Assembly: GCA_002841355.1 (NCBI GenBank)
Contig: PHFB01000002.1
Span: forward strand, 275,414-307,413
Length of the DNA stretch: 32,000 nt
Source: Actinobacteria bacterium HGW-Actinobacteria-1
GTDB taxonomy: Bacteria > Actinomycetota > Coriobacteriia > Anaerosomatales > Anaerosomataceae
Direction: 5' to 3'
Below the pieces are notes generated by a model. It made no database searches and was not told the origin of the DNA. It was given only the letters and a program-made list of their open reading frames with translations. The position numbers were made by a program, and so were the translations under genes. Of the stretch, positions 17,393 to 26,023 are shown one piece after another. Positions within the stretch are counted from its first letter, which is position 1. Every line of letters starts with the position of its first letter.

Positions 17393-17659
17393 CTAGAGAA
17401 TCCCGCGCAGGGCGGGATCGATGACGGATTTCACCGCGCCGGCCATGCTTTCGGCCTTGAGCAGCGTGATGCAGCAGATGCCGCCGTCCTCGCCGCGATA
17501 GGAGACTACGGCGAGGCGATCACCCGCACCGATGCCGGCGCGCACGCGCAGGTCTTTCGGCAGCACGAACTGTCCGCGCTCGTCGATCGTCACGACGGCT
17601 TCGAGGGAGCAGCACTCGGTGGCCGGGGCGCAGGATTCGCATGATTCTGATTTGGCCAT
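17393..17659 (-). CDS. AbrB/MazE-like (SpoVT-AbrB) protein of the HgcAB-associated type
   Basis: ESCAPATECCSLEAVVTIDERGQFVLPKDLRVRAGIGAGDRLAVVSYRG. Swapped-hairpin AbrB motif with a Cys-rich N-terminus, located next to hgcB. Confidence 0.78.
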   Translation of the reverse strand: MAKSESCESCAPATECCSLEAVVTIDERGQFVLPKDLRVRAGIGAGDRLAVVSYRGEDGGICCITLLKAESMAGAVKSVIDPALRGIL

Positions 17660-17797
17660 CTCGGACTCCTTGTCAGGAAATCAGGAATATCTGAAAACTC
17701 AGAATAGACTGATACGGGTGACATGGCAATACCAAGGGGTCCTGGTCGGGGAGTCTCGACGCCTAGATGTATGCCGCGACCGCGGCGAGAAGCGCTA

Positions 17798-18136
17798 TCA
17801 AGCAGGAGCGGCGGGTTCGCCTTCGGCCATCGGCGCCGTGCCGCAGCAGCCGCCGCTTCCGTCACCACATGAGGGCTCGGTGCCGCGTAGCCAGCCGTTG
17901 ATGATCGCCTCGGCGCATCCCACGCCGGGCTTGAGGGAGATCGCGCCGAACGCGCAATTCTTGGCGCATGCGCCGCACTCCATGCACGCGTCCAGGTCTG
18001 CTACGCGCACGCGGCGGTCGTCCGTCTCGGTGAAGACGGCGTGCGGGCATACCGAGAGGCACACCCTGCACCCGGTGCACTTCTCGGCGTTGAGCTTGAG
18101 GCTCGCTACGCCGCTGAGATAGCGGAATCCGCGCAT
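17798..18136 (-). CDS. hgcB: HgcB, 4Fe-4S ferredoxin of mercury methylation
   Basis: CTGCRVCLSVCPHAV and CMECGACAKNCAFGAI (HgcB-type CMECGAC), plus C-terminal SCGDGSGGCCG cysteines. Immediately follows hgcA. Confidence 0.9.
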   Translation of the reverse strand: MRGFRYLSGVASLKLNAEKCTGCRVCLSVCPHAVFTETDDRRVRVADLDACMECGACAKNCAFGAISLKPGVGCAEAIINGWLRGTEPSCGDGSGGCCGTAPMAEGEPAAPA

Positions 18137-18143
18137 GACGCTC

Positions 18144-19121
18144 CTAGCCGAGGAAGTACTGCACGATCCATAGTACGCCTGCGATGACAGCAGCTGCAGC
18201 TTGCGCTGGCAGCGCCAGGCGCAACTCCTTCTCCACGCCCGAGGGCGAGGTGAACGGGGTTGCTCCCGTGAAGTTCAAGCCAACGAACGACGCGACGCTT
18301 GCCGCAAGCAGCGTGCCAGCAGCAACGCCGAGCGGTTCCGAGCCAAGCGCCAGCGACGCCGCTGCGCCCGCCACCACGCCCGCGAGCGCGCCCTTGAGCG
18401 AGAATCCGCGACCGGGAAGCCAGGGCAGCAGTGCAGGGGTGAGGACACCGCCTGCCAGAACGCCCACGATGTACGCGACGAGGGGCTGGCATGCGGCGGC
18501 GAGGGAGCCGTGACCGAGCAGCCACCCGGCGGCGATGAGTCCAACCGGGATAAGGAGCTTCCATCCTCTCAGCGTGCCCACCAGTTCGACGGGTGTGAGC
18601 ACTATCCGTTCGGCGAAGGTGAAGGTGACGACGCGCATCTCGGGCGTCGTCTTCATGCCTGCAGCCACGAATGCCCGGATGTCGCGCGATCTGATCGGGC
18701 CGAAGATGACCCTGTAGTCGCCAAGCTGTCGCGCCTCGTGTGCCGACACGCCTGTGGCTCCGAGCTGGGGAACGATGAGCGTCCTGTGGTTCACGTGTCC
18801 GGACAGATTGCTCTTCGCCGCTCGGACGATGAGTTCCTTCGTGCTGAAGGTCCCCTTGCCGGCCGCGCACCACACGTTCACGCCGTTCGTGTCGAGCACG
18901 AGCAGCCACGAATCGATGCCGAGAAGATCGCGGCGCACGAGGTCGAACGTCATGCGGTAGTTCGCGGTGACGAATACGGGTGACGCAGGCGTCGGCTCAC
19001 CCACTCGGTACAACCCGGGCTCTACCACCGCACGTTCGCGACCGATATCCCAGCGAAGCGCCCAACGGGCAATCGTGTCACGCCAGGTAAGCGTAGACGA
19101 CGCTTGGCGTACGTCAGCCAT
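18144..19121 (-). CDS. hgcA: HgcA, corrinoid-dependent mercury methyltransferase
   Basis: Diagnostic cap-helix motif TNGVNVWCAAGKGTFSTKEL (18852-18878). N-terminal corrinoid-binding domain and a C-terminal hydrophobic multi-TM domain. Confidence 0.93.
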   Translation of the reverse strand: MADVRQASSTLTWRDTIARWALRWDIGRERAVVEPGLYRVGEPTPASPVFVTANYRMTFDLVRRDLLGIDSWLLVLDTNGVNVWCAAGKGTFSTKELIVRAAKSNLSGHVNHRTLIVPQLGATGVSAHEARQLGDYRVIFGPIRSRDIRAFVAAGMKTTPEMRVVTFTFAERIVLTPVELVGTLRGWKLLIPVGLIAAGWLLGHGSLAAACQPLVAYIVGVLAGGVLTPALLPWLPGRGFSLKGALAGVVAGAAASLALGSEPLGVAAGTLLAASVASFVGLNFTGATPFTSPSGVEKELRLALPAQAAAAVIAGVLWIVQYFLG

Positions 19122-19122
19122 A

Positions 19123-19719
19123 TCAGGCCTTGCCGTCGCTTGCCACGGCCATCGAGGTCAGCCGCCTGATTTGCTCGGCCACCGATTCGATCGGCGTCGT
19201 GGGGCTGAACACCAGCCAATCAAGCGCCGATGTGACCGTCATGCCGAAGAGCGCCGACGCGGCGAATGGCGCGTCGATATCGGATCGGAAGACCCCCTCG
19301 GCGATGCCGTCGCGAATCGCTCGCTCGAAGTACTCGATGATGGTGCGTCTGAGAGCGACGAGCGTGTCATGCCACACCCGCTCCTCACGCCACAGCTCGG
19401 TCACAAGCATCTTGGAGAATGCGCGGTTGTCGCGAATCCACTCGAGCTCGGCACGCACGAGCGCCTCAAGCGTCGTGCGTGGGTCCGGGGCGGTTGCGAC
19501 GGCCTCGCGGAATCGCGCTTCGAGCGGCGCCAGTCGGTCGGCGATGAGCGCTTCGACCAGTTCGGCCTTGCCGGTGAAGTGGTAGTACACGGTTCCCTTG
19601 GCCACGCCGGCGCGCTCGACGATCTCGTCGACAGTCGTGCCCGAGAAGCCCTTCTCGGCAATGAGCGCGAGAGCGGCCTCATACATTCGTGTCTTGGTCG
19701 TGTCTGAGCGCGTCGCCAT
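19123..19719 (-). CDS. TetR/AcrR family transcriptional regulator
   Basis: MATRSDTTKTRMYEAALALIAEKGFSGTTVDEIVERAGVAKGTVYYHFTGKAELVEALI is a classic TetR N-terminal HTH. Confidence 0.95.
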   Translation of the reverse strand: MATRSDTTKTRMYEAALALIAEKGFSGTTVDEIVERAGVAKGTVYYHFTGKAELVEALIADRLAPLEARFREAVATAPDPRTTLEALVRAELEWIRDNRAFSKMLVTELWREERVWHDTLVALRRTIIEYFERAIRDGIAEGVFRSDIDAPFAASALFGMTVTSALDWLVFSPTTPIESVAEQIRRLTSMAVASDGKA

Positions 19720-19742
19720 CGTGGTCCTTTCCCTTGCGAGTC

Positions 19743-19790
19743 GATTCTAGCGGAGCGCCGGCAGTCATGTGGCCCGGCGCTCCGAGAATC
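19743..19790 (-). terminator. Large hairpin downstream of the YhgE/Pip gene
   Basis: GATTCT-AG-CGGAGCGCCGG (19743-19761) pairs with CCGGCGCTCCG-AGAATC (19774-19790). 17 bp with a 2-nt bulge. Confidence 0.6.
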
Positions 19791-19793
19791 GGG

Positions 19794-21902
19794 CTACAGC
19801 GCCAGCGCAGGCTCAAGGCGTTCAGGGTCCCAGCCACGGGCTCGCCATGCCGTGATACTGGTGAGGGCCAGCGCTGCGACCCCAAAAGCCGCAAGGACGA
19901 GTGCATCATGGCCGAGAAGCGACCAATCGCCGCCCGAGATCGCCTGTCGCAGGCCGTCGACCACGTATGTCATCGGTAGGTACGGGTTGATCGCCCGGAA
20001 GAAGCCCGGCGTCAGCTCGAGCGGGAACGTGCCCGCTGCCGAGGTCAGCTGCAGCATCAGCAGAACGATCGAGATGATCTTGCCGGCCGGTCCGAATGCT
20101 GATGAGAGCCACTGGAGCACCGCAATGAACACCACCGCCGAGAGGATAGTGATCCCGTAGAGCGCGGGGGTGCTCACCGGGTTAAGACCAAGCCCGAATC
20201 TGAGCACGAGGAGCATCACCACGGACTGTGCGACCGCGATGATCGCTGCCGACCAGAAGCCGCCCAGCGCCACGAACACGGGAGACTGTCCGTCCCTGAC
20301 TGCCGTGCCCGGGATGGGCCTGACGATGAAGAACACCATAAGTGCTCCGACCCAGAGTGCGAGCGGGATGAAGTACGGCGAAAAGCCGGTACCGTAGTTA
20401 GGGACCGGATCCAGACGCTCGGTAGTGAGCGTCACGGGGTCAGCCATCATCGAAGCGTGCGCCGACCTGGCTGTATCGTCATACGCGGGCAGCGCGCCCA
20501 CTCCCGCGGTGAGTCCCGCGGCGAGTTCATCAGAGCCCGCCACTGCAGGACGCAGCCCCGTTGCGAGCGAGTGGGCTCCTGAATCAAGCGTGTCCAGTCC
20601 GTCCGATAGGCTCCGTGCGCCCGAGGCCGCTTCGCTCGCACCTGAAGCGAGCTCGTTCGTACCGCTCTTGAGAGCGTTCGCTCCCGAGGCGAGCGCGGTC
20701 GAACCATCGTACGCGCTTGCGATGCCCGAGCTGAGCGCTCCGGCGCCCGTCGCAAGTGACGCCACGCCATCGGCGAGTTGGGCGGCACCGCTGGCGAGAT
20801 CGTCCGCGCCCTGAGCGAGCGCCGGGAGCTGGGTGGTGGCCGTATGGAGACCCGATGCAAGCTGCGTCGCGCCAGCGCTTGTTTGTTGCGCTGCGCCGAG
20901 CGCCGTGGCGAACGCGGAATCGGATGCAGCGTCAGGATTCGAGCCGAGGTATGCCTGCAGCGCCGCCACGACCGCGGCGCTCCCATCGCGAACAGAAGTG
21001 GCACCCGACGCAGCAGCTGAGAGTTGGGGTGCCGCCTGTGCGATTCCGGCTGCGAGGTTGCTGGCGCCGTCACGTACCCGCTCGGCAGCGGAATCGGCCT
21101 GCTGGGTGCCCGCCGCGAGCTCAGCGGCTCCGTCGCGAGCGTTTTGTAGCCCGCGCTCAAGGCGCTGTGCGCCTTCCACCAGGTCACCGGCGCCCGTATC
21201 GAGCCGAGCGGCACCACTGGAGACCGCGGCCACCCCGGTGGCGAGTGCGCGGCTTCCGTCGCTGGCCGTCGACGCGCCCGCGGCCAGGTCACTCGCGCCC
21301 GCCTGCGCAGTCCTGAGTCCCTCGGCAAGGTCGGTTGCACCCAGTGAGGCGTCTAAGAGTTGTCCGTGCATGTCGGAGAACCCGATGAAGATCGTATCGA
21401 GATACGACTCCGAGGCGCTTGCGGCGGCGGCCGAGCGAACCTCTGAGAAGACGCGTTCGCCAATCTGCGATGCGAGCAAGTTCGATGACTCGTGGGCTAC
21501 CACGCTCAGTCGCGCTGGTGTCGGGTCCGTGGTGTCGGCAGTCGCCAGGTTGGCACTGAAATCAGCCGGTACGGTCAGTGCCATGTAGTACGTGCCGTCC
21601 TTCACGCCGGATGCGGCCTCGGTAGCCGAGACTTGTCGCCACCCCACGGTGTCGCTCTGCAGCAGCTTGTCGATGAGATCGTTGCCGGCGGCGACGCGCT
21701 TGCCGTCATGCGTGACGGGGCGGTCTTCGTTCACGAGTGCGACCGGGAGTTGGTCGAGCCGTGCGTATGGATCCCAGAACGCCCAGAGGTAGAGCGCTCC
21801 ATACAGAAGGGGAACGAGCGTGATCACCGCGGTGGCGAGCCGAACGCGGCGGTGCCCCCACAGCTGCTTCAGCTCGTAACCAGCGATTCGAACGGACTTC
21901 AT
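19794..21902 (-). CDS. YhgE/Pip domain-containing membrane protein
   Basis: MKSVRIAGYELKQLWGHRRVRLATAVITLVPLLYGALYLWAFWDPYARLDQLPVALVNED. Long Ala/Gly-rich 'GASGLASG/GAAQLADG' coil repeats, then a C-terminal ABC-2-like TM domain. Confidence 0.93.
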   Translation of the reverse strand: MKSVRIAGYELKQLWGHRRVRLATAVITLVPLLYGALYLWAFWDPYARLDQLPVALVNEDRPVTHDGKRVAAGNDLIDKLLQSDTVGWRQVSATEAASGVKDGTYYMALTVPADFSANLATADTTDPTPARLSVVAHESSNLLASQIGERVFSEVRSAAAASASESYLDTIFIGFSDMHGQLLDASLGATDLAEGLRTAQAGASDLAAGASTASDGSRALATGVAAVSSGAARLDTGAGDLVEGAQRLERGLQNARDGAAELAAGTQQADSAAERVRDGASNLAAGIAQAAPQLSAAASGATSVRDGSAAVVAALQAYLGSNPDAASDSAFATALGAAQQTSAGATQLASGLHTATTQLPALAQGADDLASGAAQLADGVASLATGAGALSSGIASAYDGSTALASGANALKSGTNELASGASEAASGARSLSDGLDTLDSGAHSLATGLRPAVAGSDELAAGLTAGVGALPAYDDTARSAHASMMADPVTLTTERLDPVPNYGTGFSPYFIPLALWVGALMVFFIVRPIPGTAVRDGQSPVFVALGGFWSAAIIAVAQSVVMLLVLRFGLGLNPVSTPALYGITILSAVVFIAVLQWLSSAFGPAGKIISIVLLMLQLTSAAGTFPLELTPGFFRAINPYLPMTYVVDGLRQAISGGDWSLLGHDALVLAAFGVAALALTSITAWRARGWDPERLEPALAL

Positions 21903-21934
21903 GGCAGGACTTCCTTTCAGTGCGCGTCTTGAGT

Positions 21935-21966
21935 GCTTACCAAACTGACTAGTCAGTCTAGTAAGC
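21935..21966. promoter_or_regulatory. Candidate TetR-family operator upstream of yhgE
   Basis: GCTTAC-caa-ACTGACTAGTCAGT-cta-GTAAGC. Perfect 14-bp central palindrome with matching outer 6-bp arms, 26/32 symmetric. Confidence 0.75.
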
Positions 21967-22008
21967 AAGACACGCGACGTCAAGGCGGCGCTGCGCTTGA
22001 GGTTCTGA

Positions 22009-22341
22009 TCAGTTCCCGACGGCCTCATATGCCGAGAATGCCTCGGCAATCGCGGCATCAGCTTCAAGCTTCGTATGCACCGGTAGCACCGGCCACGCGC
22101 GCATCTCACTGCCTGCATAGGCGAACGGCTCCACGCCTGGAAGGGCGTAGAGCCGGTCTGTGTCGTTGCCAGCCGACTTCACCGAGAAGCCGCTAGCGGC
22201 GAAGAAGGCGAACATCTTGCCATTGCGGACAAAACCGCGATGCCCGAAGACTTGCTTGGCTCGCACCTCGGGCCACGAGGTGAGCACCTCGTCGATCATC
22301 TCCCGGAATTGGGCCGACCACGTGTACGTCGTCTCGGGCAT
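22009..22341 (-). CDS. TfoX/Sxy N-terminal domain-like protein
   Basis: MIDEVLTSWPEVRAKQVFGHRGFVRNGKMFAFFAASGFSVKSAG. Matches the TfoX-N/MmcQ-like pattern. Confidence 0.65.
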   Translation of the reverse strand: MPETTYTWSAQFREMIDEVLTSWPEVRAKQVFGHRGFVRNGKMFAFFAASGFSVKSAGNDTDRLYALPGVEPFAYAGSEMRAWPVLPVHTKLEADAAIAEAFSAYEAVGN

Positions 22342-22393
22342 TTCGTCCTCCTTGCAGGTTCGTCTGCACGGCATATGCCCGAATCGGTGTGCG

Positions 22394-23896
22394 CTAGTCG
22401 TCGTCCTCCTTGCGCAGCGCGAACACAGCAGTTCCGCCGAGCAGCACCATCATCGTGATCACGCCAGGAACGAGCGCACCATCGGTGGGACGTGTGGACG
22501 GTGATGCGGCCAGCGCGGAGGCAGGCGTCTCGGTCGGTTCATCGGTCGATGTCGACTCCTGCGTCCATGCATTGGTCACAGCCAGGGCGGCGGTGTTCGC
22601 GATCGGGCCATCCGCGGCGATGACGACGTCATACGATTCGAATGACGGCGCGGCGTGCTCGCCGAACTCGATCTCCGAGATGCCCACATTCTGGAATGTG
22701 TCTCCGGGGTAGACGTCGTCGATGCGAAGCGTTGCGGACGAGCAGTGCACGTTCACGGGAAATCGCTGGACTGTCGGCTCATCGGCGAGCGTGATGGCGA
22801 CCTGCGTTCCATCCGAGAAGATGAGCGTAGCCCGCTTTGGCCGAGCGTGATCGGCGAAGTCCTGTGGCAGGCGGGCGTATCCGGGGAGGATCCGTACCTC
22901 CCGCACAGCGCGCGTTTCGCCGAGGTCGACGTGCAGCGTCTCACCCCGACCACCGGCACTCCCCGGTTTCGACAGCCACGCAGTGACAGGGTCACTGTCG
23001 ATAGCGTTCTGAGCGCCGAACTTCGCGCTATCCCATTCGATGAGCGGAGACTCGCTCGATGCCGAGGCCCCCGAGGCGAGCGGCTTTATCCAATCGGGCT
23101 TCCAAGGCTCCTGGATCGCTCCGAATCCCTGGTTGTAGAAGAGCGCGATGTCATACGGCGATTGCGCAGTCTCCGCGTCCAATGCGGGCTCGAAATCCTC
23201 GAGAATCCACTGGAAGCGCCTGCCGCTTCGCGAGAATCCGGCGGGAGTTGTGCCAGGGGTGTCTTCGGACAGCCCCGCACTGCCGAGTGCCCAACCTCGC
23301 GTATCGTCTGAGAAGGTGTATCGAACCACCGCTCGACCAATGGTTCCCTGCCAGCCGGCACCTGTATGCAGCACGTAGGGGTACCACGCGGTTGCACCGT
23401 ACAGCCCCGCGTATTCAGCGGGTGTGGCTTTCAGGTCGGCGACACCGGCGGTCACGCTCGGTCGTGACACGTACCGCACTCGAATGAACGTGACACCGGT
23501 GGGAAATGTGGCCGCGTGCTCGTACCATCCGGATTCGTACGGTCCGTCGAACCCCTCCGTCGCGCTTACCTTGAGCGGCGTGTCGCCCTGCCATGCCTGG
23601 AAGCCTCCCAGTGCGATGCTGGGCGAATCGCCTGTCTTGTCGTCGAGCGCGAACGGAAAGCCGAGGCGCACTTTCTCGGGGGCGCCGGAGTTCATGAATT
23701 TGAAGTCGACGAGGTACTCGGCGAATCCGCCGTATGCGATGACCTGGACGGTCTCGGACTCCATCCGGATGTGCTCGCTTGTCACCGGCCGCACGTTTCC
23801 GGGCTCGCCCCCAACGCGCCCGTCGTCCGCGTAGACCGGCGGCGCGACGGCAAACGCCACGAGTGCCGCGACTACAAGGACTCTTCGAACATACAT
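22394..23896 (-). CDS. Secreted/anchored protein with discoidin (F5/8 C, NADase-type glycan-binding)-like domain
   Basis: Signal peptide VLVVAALVAFAVAPPVYADDG. Discoidin-like region SAKFGAQNAIDSDPVTAWLSKPGSAGGRGETLHVDLGETRAVREVRILPGY...FQNVGISEIEF. C-terminal TM ITMMVLLGGTAVFAL. Confidence 0.75.
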   Translation of the reverse strand: MYVRRVLVVAALVAFAVAPPVYADDGRVGGEPGNVRPVTSEHIRMESETVQVIAYGGFAEYLVDFKFMNSGAPEKVRLGFPFALDDKTGDSPSIALGGFQAWQGDTPLKVSATEGFDGPYESGWYEHAATFPTGVTFIRVRYVSRPSVTAGVADLKATPAEYAGLYGATAWYPYVLHTGAGWQGTIGRAVVRYTFSDDTRGWALGSAGLSEDTPGTTPAGFSRSGRRFQWILEDFEPALDAETAQSPYDIALFYNQGFGAIQEPWKPDWIKPLASGASASSESPLIEWDSAKFGAQNAIDSDPVTAWLSKPGSAGGRGETLHVDLGETRAVREVRILPGYARLPQDFADHARPKRATLIFSDGTQVAITLADEPTVQRFPVNVHCSSATLRIDDVYPGDTFQNVGISEIEFGEHAAPSFESYDVVIAADGPIANTAALAVTNAWTQESTSTDEPTETPASALAASPSTRPTDGALVPGVITMMVLLGGTAVFALRKEDDD

Positions 23897-24193
23897 GAGG
23901 CCCCCTCCTCGTATCGAACCCCCCGGTTCCGTCGTTCTTCTTCCGATGCTAGTCCCGGCTTCCGCGAGGCACCACTACGCATGGCCAACGACCGGGTGTC
24001 GGCATGGCGACGGTGCTACTTTCGCGTACGCCGGCTGCGGAAATGCATGACAGCCTGCTGCGCTACCGGCACGAACTGAGTCAAGCGGTGCCGTGCTCGT
24101 CCTAATCTCGATGAACGAGCGCTAAGATGAAATCAAGGTCGAGGGCACCATCCGGCGGTCTTGCGGTGCGTTCGGTCCCGTTAGGGGGTTGCG

Positions 24194-25753
24194 ATGGGCG
24201 TCCCCATCGACGTCCGACTCATGCTGTATCTTGCGGCGGCGTTGCAGGTGATCGCTGCAGGTGTCGCGCTGCTCATCATCCCCGTCAGTGGGCGCCGTGT
24301 GTCATGGATAATCCTCTGCCTGGCGCTTGGCCTTCAGGCGTGGCGTCGACTGTACGCGGTCGGGTCGAACGCCACAGTCGTCGAAGCGTCTACAGCGCTG
24401 GGAGTCTCGATTCTCCTGCTGGCCGGCGTCATCGGGATACGCGGCGTGTTCGTTTCTCTCAGGCGTGCATCCCGCCAGCTTGAGCGCGAACGCGATCGGA
24501 GCGGCACGTTCCTGAATCGCGTGGGCGCGGCTATCGTCTCACTCGACGTCTCGGGGCGCGTGCTCGACGCGAACGCGGCGACGTGCGAGATTCTCGGACT
24601 GCCTGTCGAGGACGTCATGGGGAAGCCGTGGTTCGACAGCTTCGTATCCGAGGACGCTCGCGAGCAAGTCCACGCCAGCTTCCAGCGACTTGTCGATGAC
24701 CCGGACGGGAGCGACGAGTACGTCGAGTACGGTCTTCGCTCATCCGATGGGGAAGAGCGTCGCGTGGTCTGGCACAGGCGCGTGCTTAGGGATGCCGAAG
24801 GGCGCACGTGCGGCGTGCGCAGCGCGGGAATCGACCTCACCGAGCGCGTTAGGCTGGAGCAGGAGCTGGAGTTCCGGTCGCTGCTCTTGGACCAGACGAC
24901 TGATGCGGTCCTCGTGTATCGCTACGACGGCACCATCGTGTACGCGAACGATACGGCGTGTCGGCATCGAGGCTGTGAGCTTGAAGGCCTGACCGGCATC
25001 AACATGCGGACGCTGATACCGCCTGCGGATCTGGAGACCTTCGATATGCATCTCCAGACGCTGCGTCAGGGGGAGCCGGCCGTCTTCGAGACCGAGGCCG
25101 TCTGCCCGGAGGGGATCCTGAGACCCATCGAAGCGCATCTTGCGCCGGTCAGAGTGGGTGCTACCGAGTATGTCGTCGACGTCTCTCGCGACATCACCGA
25201 GCGGCGGGCGGCGGAATCCACGGTTCGCCGACTTGCGTACTCGGACCACCTGACCGGCCTGCCGAACCGCGCGCTGCTCACCGATCGTGCCGCCATGGCA
25301 TTCGCGCGCGCCCGGCGGCTGGACGAGCAACTCGCCCTCGTCTTTGTGGACTTCGACGACCTCAAGGCCGTGAATGACACGCTCGGTCACGCGGCCGGCG
25401 ATGAGATCATCAAGGTCGTCGGGGAGCGCCTCACTGCGGCCTCACGAGCGGAGGACACGGTGGCCCGCATCGGCGGTGATGAGTTCGTCATCCTTGCGCG
25501 CATCGGCGCTGAAGAGGATGCGGATGAGCTTGCCACTCGGCTTATCGCCGATCTCAGCCAACCCTACGAGGTGTCCGGGCGCCGTGTGCACGCCTCGGCC
25601 AGTGTTGGAGTGGCGATCTACCCCGAGCAGGGCGAGAGCCTTGATACGCTCATGTCGCACGCTGACACGGCGATGTATGCGGCAAAGGGCGAGCGGCCAC
25701 GGACGTTCGGGATCGGGCGTCGCATCAACCGGAACCGCGACTCTGCCGGATGA
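24194..25753 (+). CDS. Membrane PAS-domain diguanylate cyclase (GGDEF)
   Basis: N-terminal TM helices, two PAS regions, and DHLTGLPNRALLTDR...ARIGGDEFVILAR. Canonical GGDEF, no EAL seen. Confidence 0.93.
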   Translation: MGVPIDVRLMLYLAAALQVIAAGVALLIIPVSGRRVSWIILCLALGLQAWRRLYAVGSNATVVEASTALGVSILLLAGVIGIRGVFVSLRRASRQLERERDRSGTFLNRVGAAIVSLDVSGRVLDANAATCEILGLPVEDVMGKPWFDSFVSEDAREQVHASFQRLVDDPDGSDEYVEYGLRSSDGEERRVVWHRRVLRDAEGRTCGVRSAGIDLTERVRLEQELEFRSLLLDQTTDAVLVYRYDGTIVYANDTACRHRGCELEGLTGINMRTLIPPADLETFDMHLQTLRQGEPAVFETEAVCPEGILRPIEAHLAPVRVGATEYVVDVSRDITERRAAESTVRRLAYSDHLTGLPNRALLTDRAAMAFARARRLDEQLALVFVDFDDLKAVNDTLGHAAGDEIIKVVGERLTAASRAEDTVARIGGDEFVILARIGAEEDADELATRLIADLSQPYEVSGRRVHASASVGVAIYPEQGESLDTLMSHADTAMYAAKGERPRTFGIGRRINRNRDSAG

Positions 25754-25982
25754 TCGCATGATTCGCGCGTCTCGGCACGGCTCTCGCTAGTCCATGCGTA
25801 CGGGTGCATCCCGAGGGCGCGATTCGGCGACCCGCCGATCCGAGGAGGTGATTCAGCGTTGAGTAGAACCAGCATCGCTGCGGAGGTGTCTTCCTCGTAG
25901 GACGGCGTCGTTTCGGGCGAGATGCCCGGATGCAACGCACCACCCGCAAATACGGATGAACGTCGCTGTCCAGCAGCGATGG

Positions 25983-26012
25983 GAGAGGGTCGCCAGCAAT
26001 GGCGGCCCTCTC
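25983..26012 (-). terminator. Hairpin downstream of the LysR gene
   Basis: GAGAGGGTCGCC-agcaat-GGCGGCCCTCTC, 12-bp stem with one G/T pair, 3' of the LysR gene ending at 26024. Confidence 0.7.
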
Positions 26013-26023
26013 TGCGTTGTCGG

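Noticed and set aside
20790-21340. Repetitive Ala-Gly-Ser coding region considered as a DNA repeat array
   Set aside because: This is the normal YhgE/Pip coiled 'GASxLAxG' protein repeat. The nucleotide units are degenerate and not a separate element.
20447-21588. Overlapping long ORFs opposite or out of frame within yhgE (e.g. 20833..21588 +, 20447..21340 -)
   Set aside because: Created by the codon-biased Ala/Gly/Ser repeats of YhgE; no independent support.
25754-26020. Intergenic region after the GGDEF gene considered as a c-di-GMP riboswitch
   Set aside because: Could not match GEMM-I/II conserved elements. Only the lysR 3' hairpin (25983-26012) is supportable.
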